NCBI GenBank assembly: GCA_040220235.1
Contig: JAVJTO010000053.1
Strand: one strand, 5' to 3'
Length of the DNA: 64,000 bases
Source of the DNA: Coleofasciculus sp. B1-GNL1-01
GTDB lineage: Bacteria > Cyanobacteriota > Cyanobacteriia > Cyanobacteriales > Coleofasciculaceae
This document shows positions 11,401-21,700 of the stretch, one piece after another (positions within the stretch are counted from its first letter, which is position 1; every line of letters begins with the position of its first letter). The translations under genes were made by a program, and so were the position numbers. The notes under the pieces are model-generated. The model was not told where the DNA came from. It worked only from the letters and a program-made list of their open reading frames with translations, and searched no databases.

Positions 11401-11555
11401 TACGCAGTCCCATGGCGATCGCGGTAATTGGTGGGTTTACGACTTCAACCTTGTTAACCTTGGTGGTGGTTCCCGTGTTATTTACTTATGTGGATAACTT
11501 ATATCGCTGGATTCGCGGATTATTTGGGGGAAAGAAAAAGCCGGTTCAGTTATAA
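8469..11555 (+). CDS. RND efflux permease (AcrB/AcrD/AcrF family)
   Basis: GNLVDDAI, KNAILLVDF, RLRPILMT motifs; 1028 aa. Confidence 0.96.
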   Translation: MSFNLSAWSIKKPVPTIVLFLILGIFGLVSFFRLGIDSNPNIDIPAVMVTVTQAGAGPTELETQVTKKIEDSVAGLGNIDELTSTVTEGSSTTTVSFVLGTDSDRATNDVRNAVAQIRQDLPQDVNEPIVKRLEFAGGSVMTYSVASETRSVEELSDLVDRTISRALLNVPGVAQIDRLGGVDREIRVDLDPSRLQAYGITATQVNDQIRNLNIDLPGGRGNVGGSEQNIRTLGSAETVAELRSYRIVLPNGATVPLSSLGEVEDSFAEQRQAASLNGESVVAFSVRRSTGSTLVTVEEGVREAVSELEKTLPDDVSLELIFTRADAIRDSYQATIDALILACILTVIAVGLFLRDWRVTLITATALPLSIIPTFGVMKLLGYTLNGMTLLALALAVGNLVDDAICMIENIDQHLDMGKKPFNAALDASREIGLAVVATTATIVAVFLPVAFMGGVPGQFFQPFGVTVAVSTMFSTLVACTMTPMLSAYLLKSKGNREQRTLSGQAGNGEQGLRKKRIHPYRNLLTWALRHRITTLLIAVAFFIGSLQLVPLIPKGLFDSGDTGLSTVMVELPPGSTLSETEAIMQQLNQSLQENQAVEKVFTTADQINSGTVYANLVPKDEREVSQQEFEQQMRQVFQTIPGARISFQSQGAGGGGKDLSIVLKSENAPALTQTAETLEKQMRDIPGLVEVTSSTSLVKPEIVIQPDPERAADLGVSVGAIARTASLALIGDNESNLAKFDLADRQIPIRVQLDPETRADISTLKNLQVPSQTGNLVPISAVADIRLGSGPAQIDRFDRNRQVSVEANLEGISLGDALEKVKALPAMNPLPPDVAEEPAGDAKIMQDIFTRFATALGAAILSIYAILVLLYSNFLYPFGILVALPLSIGGALLGLLVTQKELGLFALIGIVLLMGLVTKNAILLVDFALAGIKEGKPQFKAVVEAGVSRLRPILMTSVSTIAGMMPIALELGADGEVRSPMAIAVIGGFTTSTLLTLVVVPVLFTYVDNLYRWIRGLFGGKKKPVQL

Positions 11556-11556
11556 C

Positions 11557-11640
11557 TAGGGGCTGCTGAATAAGTGTTGTGGTGGGAATAGGCAATGGGC
11601 AATAGGCAATGGGCAATAGGGACTAGGCAATGGGCAATGG
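11557..11640 (+). mobile_element. MITE end TAGGG(G/T)CTGCTGAATAAGT.TTGTGGTG plus (GGCAATA/G)n
   Basis: Same ~28-bp end at 50406, 56461 and 63548. Confidence 0.7.
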
Positions 11641-11658
11641 TTTCGAGTCCCTGTTGAG

Positions 11659-12849
11659 TCAGGATTCTTCTGCGATCGCGGGATAGGGAAATAATTCGCG
11701 AAATCCCTGCCTTCGCTGTTGTGGAGACTCCGGAGTCAAATAACTCCACAGGGTTTCCCAATAAAAAAAGGATACACCATCAAAGGCGCGATCGCGAACC
11801 GCTTCAACTTGGGCTTGAATTTGTTCAAAGGGAATCGGATCACCTAAGGTTCCCGTTAAAATGCCAATACTTACTGGAATTGTCCGCCGCGCCATGCGTA
11901 CTGCGGGTTGATTAAGTTCCGCCGTAAAACGACTCAACTCATCCCGATAAACCTGTAACACGAGTTCATCTACCCAACCCCGTTGTACCCAGGTTTGCCA
12001 GTCTTGTAGATAATGTTGATAAGCAAAGGCTTGGGGATTAGGTGAAAGTGAGATAATACAATCCGGTTTAATCGATTTAACTGTCTGGACAATCTCTCCC
12101 ATAAACTCGCTAATCTTATTCGCCCGCCAGCGCATCCATTCACTATTTAATGGCGAATTCGGGGGAGGATTCCCATAATGTTCTTGCTGATAACGCTCAA
12201 GCGTATAAGGATCATAACCCAATTCCACAGGCATCCCAAAGTGATCATCCAACTGAATCCCATCCACATCATATTGGCTGACTACTTCCTTAATTAGATC
12301 CAGGATAAGCTGTTGTACCTCTGGATGTAACGGATTCAGCCATAAGAGTTGGGGATTCTCCGGATCAGATTTTTGAGTTAAACCCTGAGTTATCCAGCTA
12401 GGATGACGCCGCGCTAATTCAGAATGAATCGTTGTCATAAATCCATACTCAAACCAAGGAATGACCCGTAACCCTTGGCGATGTCCCTGCTGTACAATTT
12501 CTGCTAAAACATCTCCATTGAGTCGCATAATCCTCAGCAAAGGTTCTTGTGTCGCCACCCTACTCGGATAAAAGGTATGCCCTCGATTCCAAACCACCGG
12601 ATACACCGTGTTAAAGTTCAGTTGAGACAATTGCGCGATCGCTCGGTTAATTCCCCACGGTGAAAACAATACACCACTTGCCACATTTGTCAACCAAACC
12701 CCTCGAATTTCTGTGATTTTTGTTGGTGTTTGAGAACGGGCTAAGGATGGGGAAAATAAAATTGATTTAGCAACCAGTAGGACAATACTAAATACCAACC
12801 CTAATGTGAGAAAAACCCTGAATCTATGTTGACGTTTGTCACTCGTCAT
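11659..12849 (-). CDS. GHL10-like (YddW-type) glycoside hydrolase, secreted
   Basis: EIRGVWLTNV, FNTVYPVVWNRG, PWFEYG, YDVDGIQLDDHFG; N-terminal signal/TM segment. Confidence 0.9.
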   Translation of the reverse strand: MTSDKRQHRFRVFLTLGLVFSIVLLVAKSILFSPSLARSQTPTKITEIRGVWLTNVASGVLFSPWGINRAIAQLSQLNFNTVYPVVWNRGHTFYPSRVATQEPLLRIMRLNGDVLAEIVQQGHRQGLRVIPWFEYGFMTTIHSELARRHPSWITQGLTQKSDPENPQLLWLNPLHPEVQQLILDLIKEVVSQYDVDGIQLDDHFGMPVELGYDPYTLERYQQEHYGNPPPNSPLNSEWMRWRANKISEFMGEIVQTVKSIKPDCIISLSPNPQAFAYQHYLQDWQTWVQRGWVDELVLQVYRDELSRFTAELNQPAVRMARRTIPVSIGILTGTLGDPIPFEQIQAQVEAVRDRAFDGVSFFYWETLWSYLTPESPQQRRQGFRELFPYPAIAEES

Positions 12850-12939
12850 TCTCTATGTCTTATGTCTTATGTCAAGGGATTAACATTATATCCGGAAACC
12901 GTAGGGGCGCACGTCAGTGCGCCCCTTTTTACACCAATG

Positions 12940-13075
12940 TACTGGCGTGGCATACCTTATTTGATGAATTAGATTCGGCTTGTAGTAGGGAACTTTAGCC
13001 CTATATTCGGTTGGGTTTCCTGTCGTCAACCCAACCTACAACCTATTCCACAATTTTAGCTGTGTCAGTCCAGTA
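12940..13075. mobile_element. MITE with TACTGG...CCAGTA termini and an internal REP hairpin
   Basis: Both ends conserved with the copy at 53447-53569. Confidence 0.75.
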
Positions 13076-13124
13076 TGCCCGATTTCACACCGATGTACGC
13101 CCGATTCTAGGATATCAATTTTCG

Positions 13125-14024
13125 TCAAACAGCCGCTGAGTAAAGAAATTGGTTGTTGGCTTGAAATCCCACGCCCTGGTTGTTGGCTTGAAATCCCCCC
13201 CCATGACTAACGTGCATATCGTTAATATCTAAACCATAGAGCTTTGCACCTTCCAAATTGGCATCTAGCAACTCAGCTCTTCTGAGGATTGCCCAGGTTA
13301 GATTCGCATTCTCCAGATTCGCTTGAGCCAAATTAGCGCCGCTTAAATCTGCCCCTTGCAGATTCGCCCAATCCAGTTTAGCCGCTTCTAAATTAGCGGC
13401 AATCAAACTTGCGCCTTCTAAATTCGCCCGACTTAATCTCGCGCCTTGGAAATTCACTCCTTCTAAATCAGCACCCGCTAAATCTAAATCTTTTAACCAG
13501 GCGTAGCTGAGATTGACAAAACTTAGGGCTGACCCATAAACTCTCGCACCAATCAGCCTTGCTTCCGATAAATTCGCCCATTTGAAATTCACGCCAGTTA
13601 AATTCGCATCCCGCAAATTCACCCGTTCTAACTGCGCTCCGCAAAGATTTGCCCCCCATAAGTTAGCCCGTCGGAGGTTTGTACCATTCAATATTGCCCC
13701 ACTGAGTTTAGCACCCGTGAGCTTTGATTTGACCATAAAAGCACCATTGATATTGGCTTTAGTCAAATCAGCGTCAACCAGTTTGGCATCGCTCATCTTA
13801 ACGTAATTAAGATTCGTCCAATTCATCTGAGCGCCACTCAAATCAGATTTGAGTAAAAATGCTCTGGTCAAATCTGCTCCTCTGAGATTCGCCCCCGTTA
13901 GGTTAACTCCGATTAACATAACTCCCCTGAGGTTAGCCCCACTGAGGTCAATCCCTGTGAATTCTCGATTTCCTTGTTCGTACAGTTTGAGAAGTTGTCT
14001 AACGTTCATAGCTACAACGTCCAC
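13125..14024 (-). CDS. Pentapeptide repeat protein (start may be ATG at 14009)
   Basis: Continuous A(D/N)LxG repeats after [12 protein letters not shown]. Confidence 0.95.
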   Translation of the reverse strand: MDVVAMNVRQLLKLYEQGNREFTGIDLSGANLRGVMLIGVNLTGANLRGADLTRAFLLKSDLSGAQMNWTNLNYVKMSDAKLVDADLTKANINGAFMVKSKLTGAKLSGAILNGTNLRRANLWGANLCGAQLERVNLRDANLTGVNFKWANLSEARLIGARVYGSALSFVNLSYAWLKDLDLAGADLEGVNFQGARLSRANLEGASLIAANLEAAKLDWANLQGADLSGANLAQANLENANLTWAILRRAELLDANLEGAKLYGLDINDMHVSHGGGFQANNQGVGFQANNQFLYSAAV

Positions 14025-14462
14025 TAAGTATTTATGATTTGGGCAAAGTTGAATGGATTGATAATTTTAATGGATTCTCTTTCTACTTTAATCCTAATAG
14101 TTAATGAATAAACCTTCTTTGAAAAAATTTACGTTTCTACCCAACGTCCTCAAACTGTAAGTACCTGGACATAAATTTTGTACTCTGTACTAATAAATGT
14201 TAATAGGACTTCGCAAAATTTTAAAATCCTTAACGTTATCAAAATTTTCCTGTCTGACTTTACTAATAAAGATTATACTGCTATACGATGGCAATTTCGC
14301 CCAAATCGCTGCCTTCTTTATCAAGCTTAAAGAAATTGTTGAGTAATATTAAACTTCAACACTGTACCCCTAACAATTCAGATTACACTGCAATACTTGT
14401 CATACACCCTATAATGTTAAATTTGCCATTAATATGCTGATATAGTGGTGATTATAAAATCT

Positions 14463-15611
14463 TTATGCCAAGGATTGAATTTGACCCGCTTGAACAGAAA
14501 GAATTTGCGAGGAGTTCAACCACTGAGAATCAAATGCGCCTAAGTGAGTGGTTGTAATCAGGGTTTGAAATCGGTCTTGAATCGCATCTAAAAGCTGATT
14601 TTGGCGGTTAGGATCAAGTTCTGCCAAAACATCATCCAGTAATAACAAAGGCGGTTCACCCACAACCTCTTCAATCAGCTTTAATTCTGCCAATTTGAGT
14701 GCCAAAACCAACGTTCGTTGCTGTCCTTGAGAACCATAGGAACGAGCAGGCGTTTGATTAATTGTAAATTCCACATCATCTCGATGTGGACCAACCAGAG
14801 TTATCCCCTGACGCTGTTCGGGAAAACGACGATGGTGGAGTTTATCTAAAAATGCCTGCTGAACACCTTCTGGGTCATCTTTCTCCAGGTTGACATTTGG
14901 CGCGTAGGTCACTTCCAGTACCTCTGTCTTACCACTAATACTACTATGCCAAGATTGAGCAAGTGGCGCTAATCGCTGTAGGACTCTAGCACGACGCCGA
15001 GTCACCCGCGACCCTGCTGTTGCCAGTTGTGCATCCCAAAGGGCAAGTTCTGCCTGGGGCTGCTTTGATATTACCCCATCTTGTGTCCCCTCTTCCTCCT
15101 GCTTCCGGATGGTTTTCAGTAAGGCATTCCGCTGGCGTAGTATTTGATTATATTGCTGCAAAATATAAGCATAGACAGGTTCAAGTTGGGTGAGAATCGA
15201 ATCCAGCCAATTCCGGCGTCGTTCCGGACTTCCACGAACTAAATCCATATCCAGACTGGAAAACTGTACCGCATTCAAAATCCCTAAAAAATCAAGCTGG
15301 CGACGTAAGGATTCACGATTTAAAGCAACAGTGCGGCGTCCCTGACTGCGAAGGGTTAATCCCAGTTCAACGGAACCATAAGCCCGTTCCAATAGTGCCT
15401 GAATCTGACCCATCGAGGCATCCTCCAACACCAATTCGCGATCGCGCCCTGACCGATGACTTTTCAGTGTCGAGAGTAATTCTACCGCTTCTAGCAGATT
15501 AGACTTCCCTTGAGCATTATTTCCCACCAAAATCGTTTTCGGTGCCTCAAAATTAACCAAACAATCCCGATAATTCCGAAACTGGCGCAACTTTAAGCAT
15601 TTTAAGTACAT
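14463..15611 (-). CDS. recF: DNA replication/repair protein RecF
   Basis: GNNAQGKSN Walker A, GSQGQQR, LLLLDDVLAELD. Confidence 0.98.
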   Translation of the reverse strand: MYLKCLKLRQFRNYRDCLVNFEAPKTILVGNNAQGKSNLLEAVELLSTLKSHRSGRDRELVLEDASMGQIQALLERAYGSVELGLTLRSQGRRTVALNRESLRRQLDFLGILNAVQFSSLDMDLVRGSPERRRNWLDSILTQLEPVYAYILQQYNQILRQRNALLKTIRKQEEEGTQDGVISKQPQAELALWDAQLATAGSRVTRRRARVLQRLAPLAQSWHSSISGKTEVLEVTYAPNVNLEKDDPEGVQQAFLDKLHHRRFPEQRQGITLVGPHRDDVEFTINQTPARSYGSQGQQRTLVLALKLAELKLIEEVVGEPPLLLLDDVLAELDPNRQNQLLDAIQDRFQTLITTTHLGAFDSQWLNSSQILSVQAGQIQSLA

Positions 15612-15702
15612 TGGTCATGGTTGACTGTTGACTATTAATTCCAATTACCTGTTCCCTGTGACACACCGAGCGAAGTCGAGGTGTTCCCTGTTCCCTGACC
15701 AA

Positions 15703-18531
15703 TTACCGATTCTTGTACCAACGAATAAACAGTTTCTCCAACTCAACCCAAATAAATAAAGAGGTACTAAACCCTAAACAAATCAACAATTCAGTCGGTG
15801 TGAGCGGTTCTGTACCAAAGAAATTTTGTAAAAATGGCACATAAACCAATGCCAATTGTAAGATAGTCGTGACCGTGACTGCCCAAATCAAATAGGGATT
15901 CGAGAACGGATTTACCTCAACAGTTAAGCGAGTATTGGAACGAACCGCGATCGCATGTCCCATCTGAGCCAAACATAACGTTGTAAATACCATCGTTTTC
16001 CAGTGGAGGGGAAAATAGTCAAACGCCAGCGCCATTAAAATAATCGTGACAATGGCGAAAATAATCCCAATCCGCACCATATAGAAACCCAGCCCCCGGG
16101 CAAAAATACTCTCACGGGGACTAAAGGGAGGACGCTTCATCACATCCGGTTCAGCCGGTTCTACCGCCAACGCTAAAGCGGGTAAACCGTCGGTCACTAA
16201 GTTCATCCAGAGAATTTGTAACGGAGACAGGGGAACATCGGGGAGTCCCATAATCGGTGCAGCTGCAATGGTTAACACCTCACCAATGTTGCTGCCCAAG
16301 ATATAACGAATAAAGCGACGGATATTATCATAAACCGTGCGACCTTCTTCAGTCGCGGCAACAATCGTGGCAAAGTTATCATCCAGCAGCACCATATCAC
16401 TGGCTTCCTTACTCACATCGGTTCCGGTAATCCCCATAGCAATGCCGATATCCGCTTGCTTCAGGGCGGGAGCATCATTCACCCCATCCCCCGTCATTGC
16501 CACGAATTCACCTTGACGCTGAAGCCCTTGTACAATCCGCAGCTTATGTTCCGGAGAAACACGAGCATAAACGCTCACCTCCTCGACCTGTTTATCCAGA
16601 TCCGATTGTGCCAGCTTTTGTAACTCCTGACCCGTGAGAACCCGATCATGTTGATCCGCAATCCCCAACGCATGGGCGATCGCGCGAGCGGTAAGCTGAT
16701 GATCCCCGGTAATCATCACCGGGCGGATACCCGCATTCCGACAGCGTTGCACGGCATCCAGAACTTCTGGACGAGGGGCGTCTAACATCCCCACCAGTCC
16801 CAACCAAACTAATTCTTGCTCAGTGGTTTCACTAGCATCTACCCCATCATCAGGAGCAGCATCTAGAGGCTTATAGGCAAACCCCAAGACCCGCAATCCC
16901 GCCCCAGCCATTTGATTATTGTGTCGCAAAATATCCGTTCGTTGCTCATCGGTCAACACCTCGGTGCGATCGCCCGCCTGCAAAGAATGGCAACGCTCCA
17001 AGACTAACTCAGGGGAACCCTTGGTAAACATGAGGTAGGTTCCTTGTCCATCATTGGTTACCGCTGAGCCATTTGACCCTTGACAGATTACACTCATGCG
17101 CTTCCGCTCTGAGGAAAAAGGAATTTCACCCACCCGAGGAAACTGACGCCGCAAGGGTTCTTTATCAACACCCCCCTTCCCGGCTAGGGTAATTAATGCC
17201 CCTTCCGTGGGATCTCCTAAAATCAGCCAATCATCCTGTTCATATTGCAAGACGGCATCATTACAGAGGGCGCACCCTTGAAGTAAGACCTGTAATTCGG
17301 GATACTCTTGGGTAGAAACGGCTGTCTCGGCGATGAGAAACTCCCCGTTAGGCGCATAGCCTTCTCCCGTGACTTGGAATGTGTGCTGGGGCGTGATCAC
17401 CCATTGCACAACCATCTTATTTTGAGTCAGGGTACCCGTTTTATCCGAACAGATCGTCGTCACACTCCCTAAGGTTTCCACGGCTGGAAGTTTACGGATC
17501 AGCGCATGGCGACGCACCATGCGTTGAGTTCCCAATGCCAAGGTGACAGTAATTACAGCAGGTAAGCCTTCTGGCACAACCGCTACCGCCATACTCAGGG
17601 ATACTTCCACTAATTTTTGGAAAACGCCTAAATCTCCCCCACTTTGAATTAAGCCACCAACAACAACCAGCACGACCAAAATTAGGGAACCACTGACTAA
17701 GACATTCCCCAATTGGGTCATCCGCTGTTGCAAGGGTGTTGGTTCGCTTTCCACCCCTTGCAACATTTCGGCAATCCGTCCCAGTTCCGTCTTCATCCCT
17801 GTGGCTGCAACTAGGACGGTGCCTCGACCTTGAACAACTTCGGTACCTTGAAAGACTAAATTGATGCGATCGCCTAAGGGGGTATCTTCCGCTAAAGTAA
17901 GGGCAGCTTCCTTATTCACCGCGTTCGCTTCTCCAGTTAAAGCGGATTCCCGGATCTGGAGGTTTGATTCCTCAATTAACCGTCCATCAGCAGAAACTTG
18001 CACCCCCGCTTCCAGGAGCATAATGTCTCCAGGGACAAGCTGTTTGCTATCCACCTCCATCGGTCTACCCTCGCGGAGGACACGGACTTTAGGAGAGGCG
18101 AGATTTTTCAGGGCGGCGAGAGCTTTTTCTGCCCGACTTTCTTGGAGATAGCCTAAGACGCCATTAAGAATAACGATTAACAGAATCGCGATCGTATCCT
18201 TAAACGGAACTTGACCCGCCTCTAATCCTCCTTGTCGCCAATCGATCAGATCAATGACTCCGGAGATGATTGCCACCACAATCAGCATGATTAGCATGAT
18301 GTTGGTGAACTGATCCAGAAGAATAGCCCAAGAACTGCGACCCGCAGTTTCTTCGAGTTCATTCAATCCGTAGTATTGCGATCGCTCTCTGACTTGTTCA
18401 GAATTCAAACCCATCTGGGGATTGCTATCCAGTTGGGTCAGCGACTCTTCGATTGAGTGGGTATGCCATGCATTTAACGGATCAGGCAACGAATGGGAAG
18501 GATGAGATGAAGTCACAGGGCAGGTTTGCAT
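15703..18531 (-). CDS. P-type cation (probably Ca2+) ATPase, P2A/PacL-like
   Basis: [35 protein letters not shown]. Confidence 0.95.
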   Translation of the reverse strand: MQTCPVTSSHPSHSLPDPLNAWHTHSIEESLTQLDSNPQMGLNSEQVRERSQYYGLNELEETAGRSSWAILLDQFTNIMLIMLIVVAIISGVIDLIDWRQGGLEAGQVPFKDTIAILLIVILNGVLGYLQESRAEKALAALKNLASPKVRVLREGRPMEVDSKQLVPGDIMLLEAGVQVSADGRLIEESNLQIRESALTGEANAVNKEAALTLAEDTPLGDRINLVFQGTEVVQGRGTVLVAATGMKTELGRIAEMLQGVESEPTPLQQRMTQLGNVLVSGSLILVVLVVVGGLIQSGGDLGVFQKLVEVSLSMAVAVVPEGLPAVITVTLALGTQRMVRRHALIRKLPAVETLGSVTTICSDKTGTLTQNKMVVQWVITPQHTFQVTGEGYAPNGEFLIAETAVSTQEYPELQVLLQGCALCNDAVLQYEQDDWLILGDPTEGALITLAGKGGVDKEPLRRQFPRVGEIPFSSERKRMSVICQGSNGSAVTNDGQGTYLMFTKGSPELVLERCHSLQAGDRTEVLTDEQRTDILRHNNQMAGAGLRVLGFAYKPLDAAPDDGVDASETTEQELVWLGLVGMLDAPRPEVLDAVQRCRNAGIRPVMITGDHQLTARAIAHALGIADQHDRVLTGQELQKLAQSDLDKQVEEVSVYARVSPEHKLRIVQGLQRQGEFVAMTGDGVNDAPALKQADIGIAMGITGTDVSKEASDMVLLDDNFATIVAATEEGRTVYDNIRRFIRYILGSNIGEVLTIAAAPIMGLPDVPLSPLQILWMNLVTDGLPALALAVEPAEPDVMKRPPFSPRESIFARGLGFYMVRIGIIFAIVTIILMALAFDYFPLHWKTMVFTTLCLAQMGHAIAVRSNTRLTVEVNPFSNPYLIWAVTVTTILQLALVYVPFLQNFFGTEPLTPTELLICLGFSTSLFIWVELEKLFIRWYKNR

Positions 18532-18664
18532 AAACACGATACCCAATCAATCATAGTCTTTTCAGTCAGTAACTGTAAGCTGGTGCATCGGGAATGAGCA
18601 TTCTGGATTGGGGATGGTTCAGACATAGCATACTACGTCTGGAACTGACACCGAGGAAGGAGTA

Positions 18665-18697
18665 AATAGCCGCTAGAGTTGGAATCCTGCGGCTATT
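18665..18697 (-). terminator. Hairpin after the giant gene
   Basis: AATAGCCGC...GCGGCTATT just downstream of the stop. Confidence 0.5.
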
Positions 18698-18711
18698 GCC
18701 AGGAGTGAAAC

Positions 18712-21700
18712 CTAGAACACAAAATTACTAGCACTCAGTTCAGCCGCCGAGACATCTTCTAAAGTAATAAAGGTGCTGAAAGTTTCCTGACCCTGTAAAC
18801 CATCTGGGTCGATTTGCACCTGAGTAGCTGAACTGCCTTGGACAAGGCGCACATAGCCATCAGCCAGGGCATCAGAACCTTGATAATCCACGCTCTCAAG
18901 AACCTCAGTGAGGACAATTTGGTCATCAGCCACTTGAAAATCAGTGATTACATCACCCGACTCACTCAAGCTGGTGTAGACAAACGGGTCATTGCTGTCG
19001 CTTTTTGTGAGCTTATCTCCATCTTGTTGAGTGACTAGGCTGTCATTGGCTGCCATGCCCGTTAATTCATCACCAGATGATGTACTCGAACTTTCCTGTT
19101 GCACCTGGGAGAGTGTCTGAGTGTTACTCTGAGTCTGAGTTGATTGGGAGACGCTACTCACCTCAAAAGTAGTGGTGTAGGCATCACTGGCATTACCTGC
19201 GCTGTCATAAGCTTTTCCCCACAGGGTATATTCACCACTTTCGAGTCCGCTGAGGTCTAGGGTGTACTCATCAAAACTTGCCCATTGATTGCCGCCACTC
19301 CAAGGTTCAAAGTCTTCGGCATCCTCCACGTTTCGCCAATCACCCTCTGGAGGCAGTAGCCACATATCTACACGTTCTATATCACTGATGCCGTCAGGGT
19401 CTAATACCCAAGCGTTGGTCAGACTCAGGGTTTCTCCTGGACTATAGGTGTTGGCATCGGTGGAGAAGTAGAAGGCTTGGGGTGGGGTGTTGTTGATTTC
19501 AAAAGTAGTGGTGTAGGCATCACTGGCATTACCTGCACTGTCATAGGCTTTTCCCCACAGGGTATATTCACCACTTTCGAGTCCGCTGAGGTCTAGGGTG
19601 TACTCATCGAAACTTGCCCATTGATTGCCGCCACTCCAAGGTTCAAAGTCTTCGGCATCCTCCACGTTTCGCCAATCGCCCTCTGGAGCCAGTAGCCACA
19701 TATCTACACGTTCTATATCACTGGTGCCGTCAGGGTCTAATACCCAAGCGTTGGTCAGACTCAGGGTTTCTCCTGGACTATAGGTGTTGGCATCGGTGGA
19801 GAAGTAGAAGGCTTGGGGTGGGGTGTTCTCGGTGTCATCGTTGAGGATTGTCCCTGTAGCCGTGCCGTTGGTGATTTGTGCGCCACCGGAGGGGTTGGTT
19901 AAATTCAGGGTGAAGTTTTCATCGGGTTCAACTTGAGAATCCCCCGTTACTTCTACCGTAATCTCTTTTTCGGTTTCACCATCAGCAAAGGTGACAGTAT
20001 CACTGGGGAATGTACCACCAAAGTCGTCGGCATTGGCGGGGTTATTCCCGCTCCCTGTTACTTCATAGGTGACGCTGGTTTCTCCAGTGGTATTCTCAGC
20101 GCGGGTGAGGGTGAAGCTGTAGGCAGTTGTGCCACTATCTCCTTCTTCTTTTTCGGCATCGGTGGGAGTGATCGAGAGGATCGGGGGAATCAGTTGATTA
20201 CCGAAGTCGATATCCGTCGCTACTTGTCCTGCTGTCAAGTTAACGGTATGAACGAGGCTGAAGGTGTTCTCAGGAATATAAATGGGGTCGTTGGTGCTGT
20301 TGTTGTCGGGGTGATCAGGAGTGGAAGTGGAATCACTACCATCAAGATTCAAAATGGCTTCGGCTAAGGCAATGGCGTTAATGCGAGGATAACTCGCTCC
20401 GGTATTGCTGACGTTATCGTTTTCATCATCGCCGTCGATAATGAGGTCTCCTGTGGTTTCAAGGAGAGTGCGGAATTCTGTCACACTCAATTTGCGACCC
20501 AAGTATTCTTGTGCAATTTCTTGAGCGAGGGTGGCGAGGGCAGTGACATAGGGGGTGGCTTGGGAAGTACCTCCCATTGAGATAGTGCCACCTGTGGCAT
20601 TGGCACCCGTGATTAAGATACCAGGAGCAAAGGTATCTAGAAGTTCAGGATGACGTTGGGAGAAGCTGGCAATGCGGTCAGTATCGGTGGTATAGTCTCC
20701 TGCCCCTCCGGTAAAGGTGCGGGAGCCAAAGTTATCTGCCCAAACTGCACCCACAGAAATCACATTGGGGTCAATGGCAGGGTAGGCGAGTCCTGGGGTG
20801 CTGGCATATTGGTAGAAGCTGTTTCCGGCTGCTGCTGCGATGAGGATATTTTGGGAGGCAAGGGCAGCTAGTTCATCCCCAATGCCATAACGGGCGGTTT
20901 GGGTAATCCAGTTTTGATTGTCTCCGAGAGAGAGGTTGACAGAAGCAACATTGTATGCATCAGCGTTGGTCGTGACCCATTGCAGGGCGGCTTCTAGGTC
21001 GGAGAAGAAACCTGAACCCTCATCGGAGAAGACTTTGAGGACAATCAGGTTGGCATCGGGGGCGATGGAGGAGAAGATACTGGCGATGTGAGACCCGTGA
21101 TTGTTTTTATCGCTGGCATTATTATCTTGGTCGGCAAAGTCGTATTGATAGAGGATTTTATCGGCAATGCCGTTGTTATCATCGTCTGCCCCGAAGAGGG
21201 GGTGATTGAGGTCGATCCCTGTGTCTATAATGACGGAGGTGAATCCTGTACCTTTGATATCCGTGAAGCGGGCATCTGCCCAGAAGTCATCCAGGTTGAT
21301 GAGGTTGGTGGCAGATGTGGTGGTATAGGTTTCGTTGCTGATGATGGGGCTATTGGGGATGTAAAGTTCGATTTCTGCCCCAGTGGTGGTGACGTTAACT
21401 TGGGGATAGGTTTGTTGCCATCCCTCTTGCATAACTTCGGCGACGGTGTAAGTGTCAGGGCGGAGGTTGGTGAAGGTGTAGTTCCCATTTTCGTCGGTGA
21501 CAACGGAGATTTCCCCTGCGTCTAGTTGTCCGTTGGTGTTGCTGTCGAGATAGATTGTCCAACCCTGTAATCCGGGTTCGTCTGTATCTTTGACCCCATC
21601 TCCATCTAAGTCATGCCATTTCATGCCCTGAATTTCGGCATCGTTATCGCTGATGCTGACATTAATGTTGGGGAGGGTGAGGTTATTGTAGTTGGAGTCA

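Noticed and set aside
8048..19827. Diversity-generating retroelement (four-helix bundle as Avd, 336-bp repeat as TR/VR)
   Set aside because: No reverse transcriptase in the window; both repeats are in frame, and differences are mostly C/T on the coding strand rather than adenine-specific
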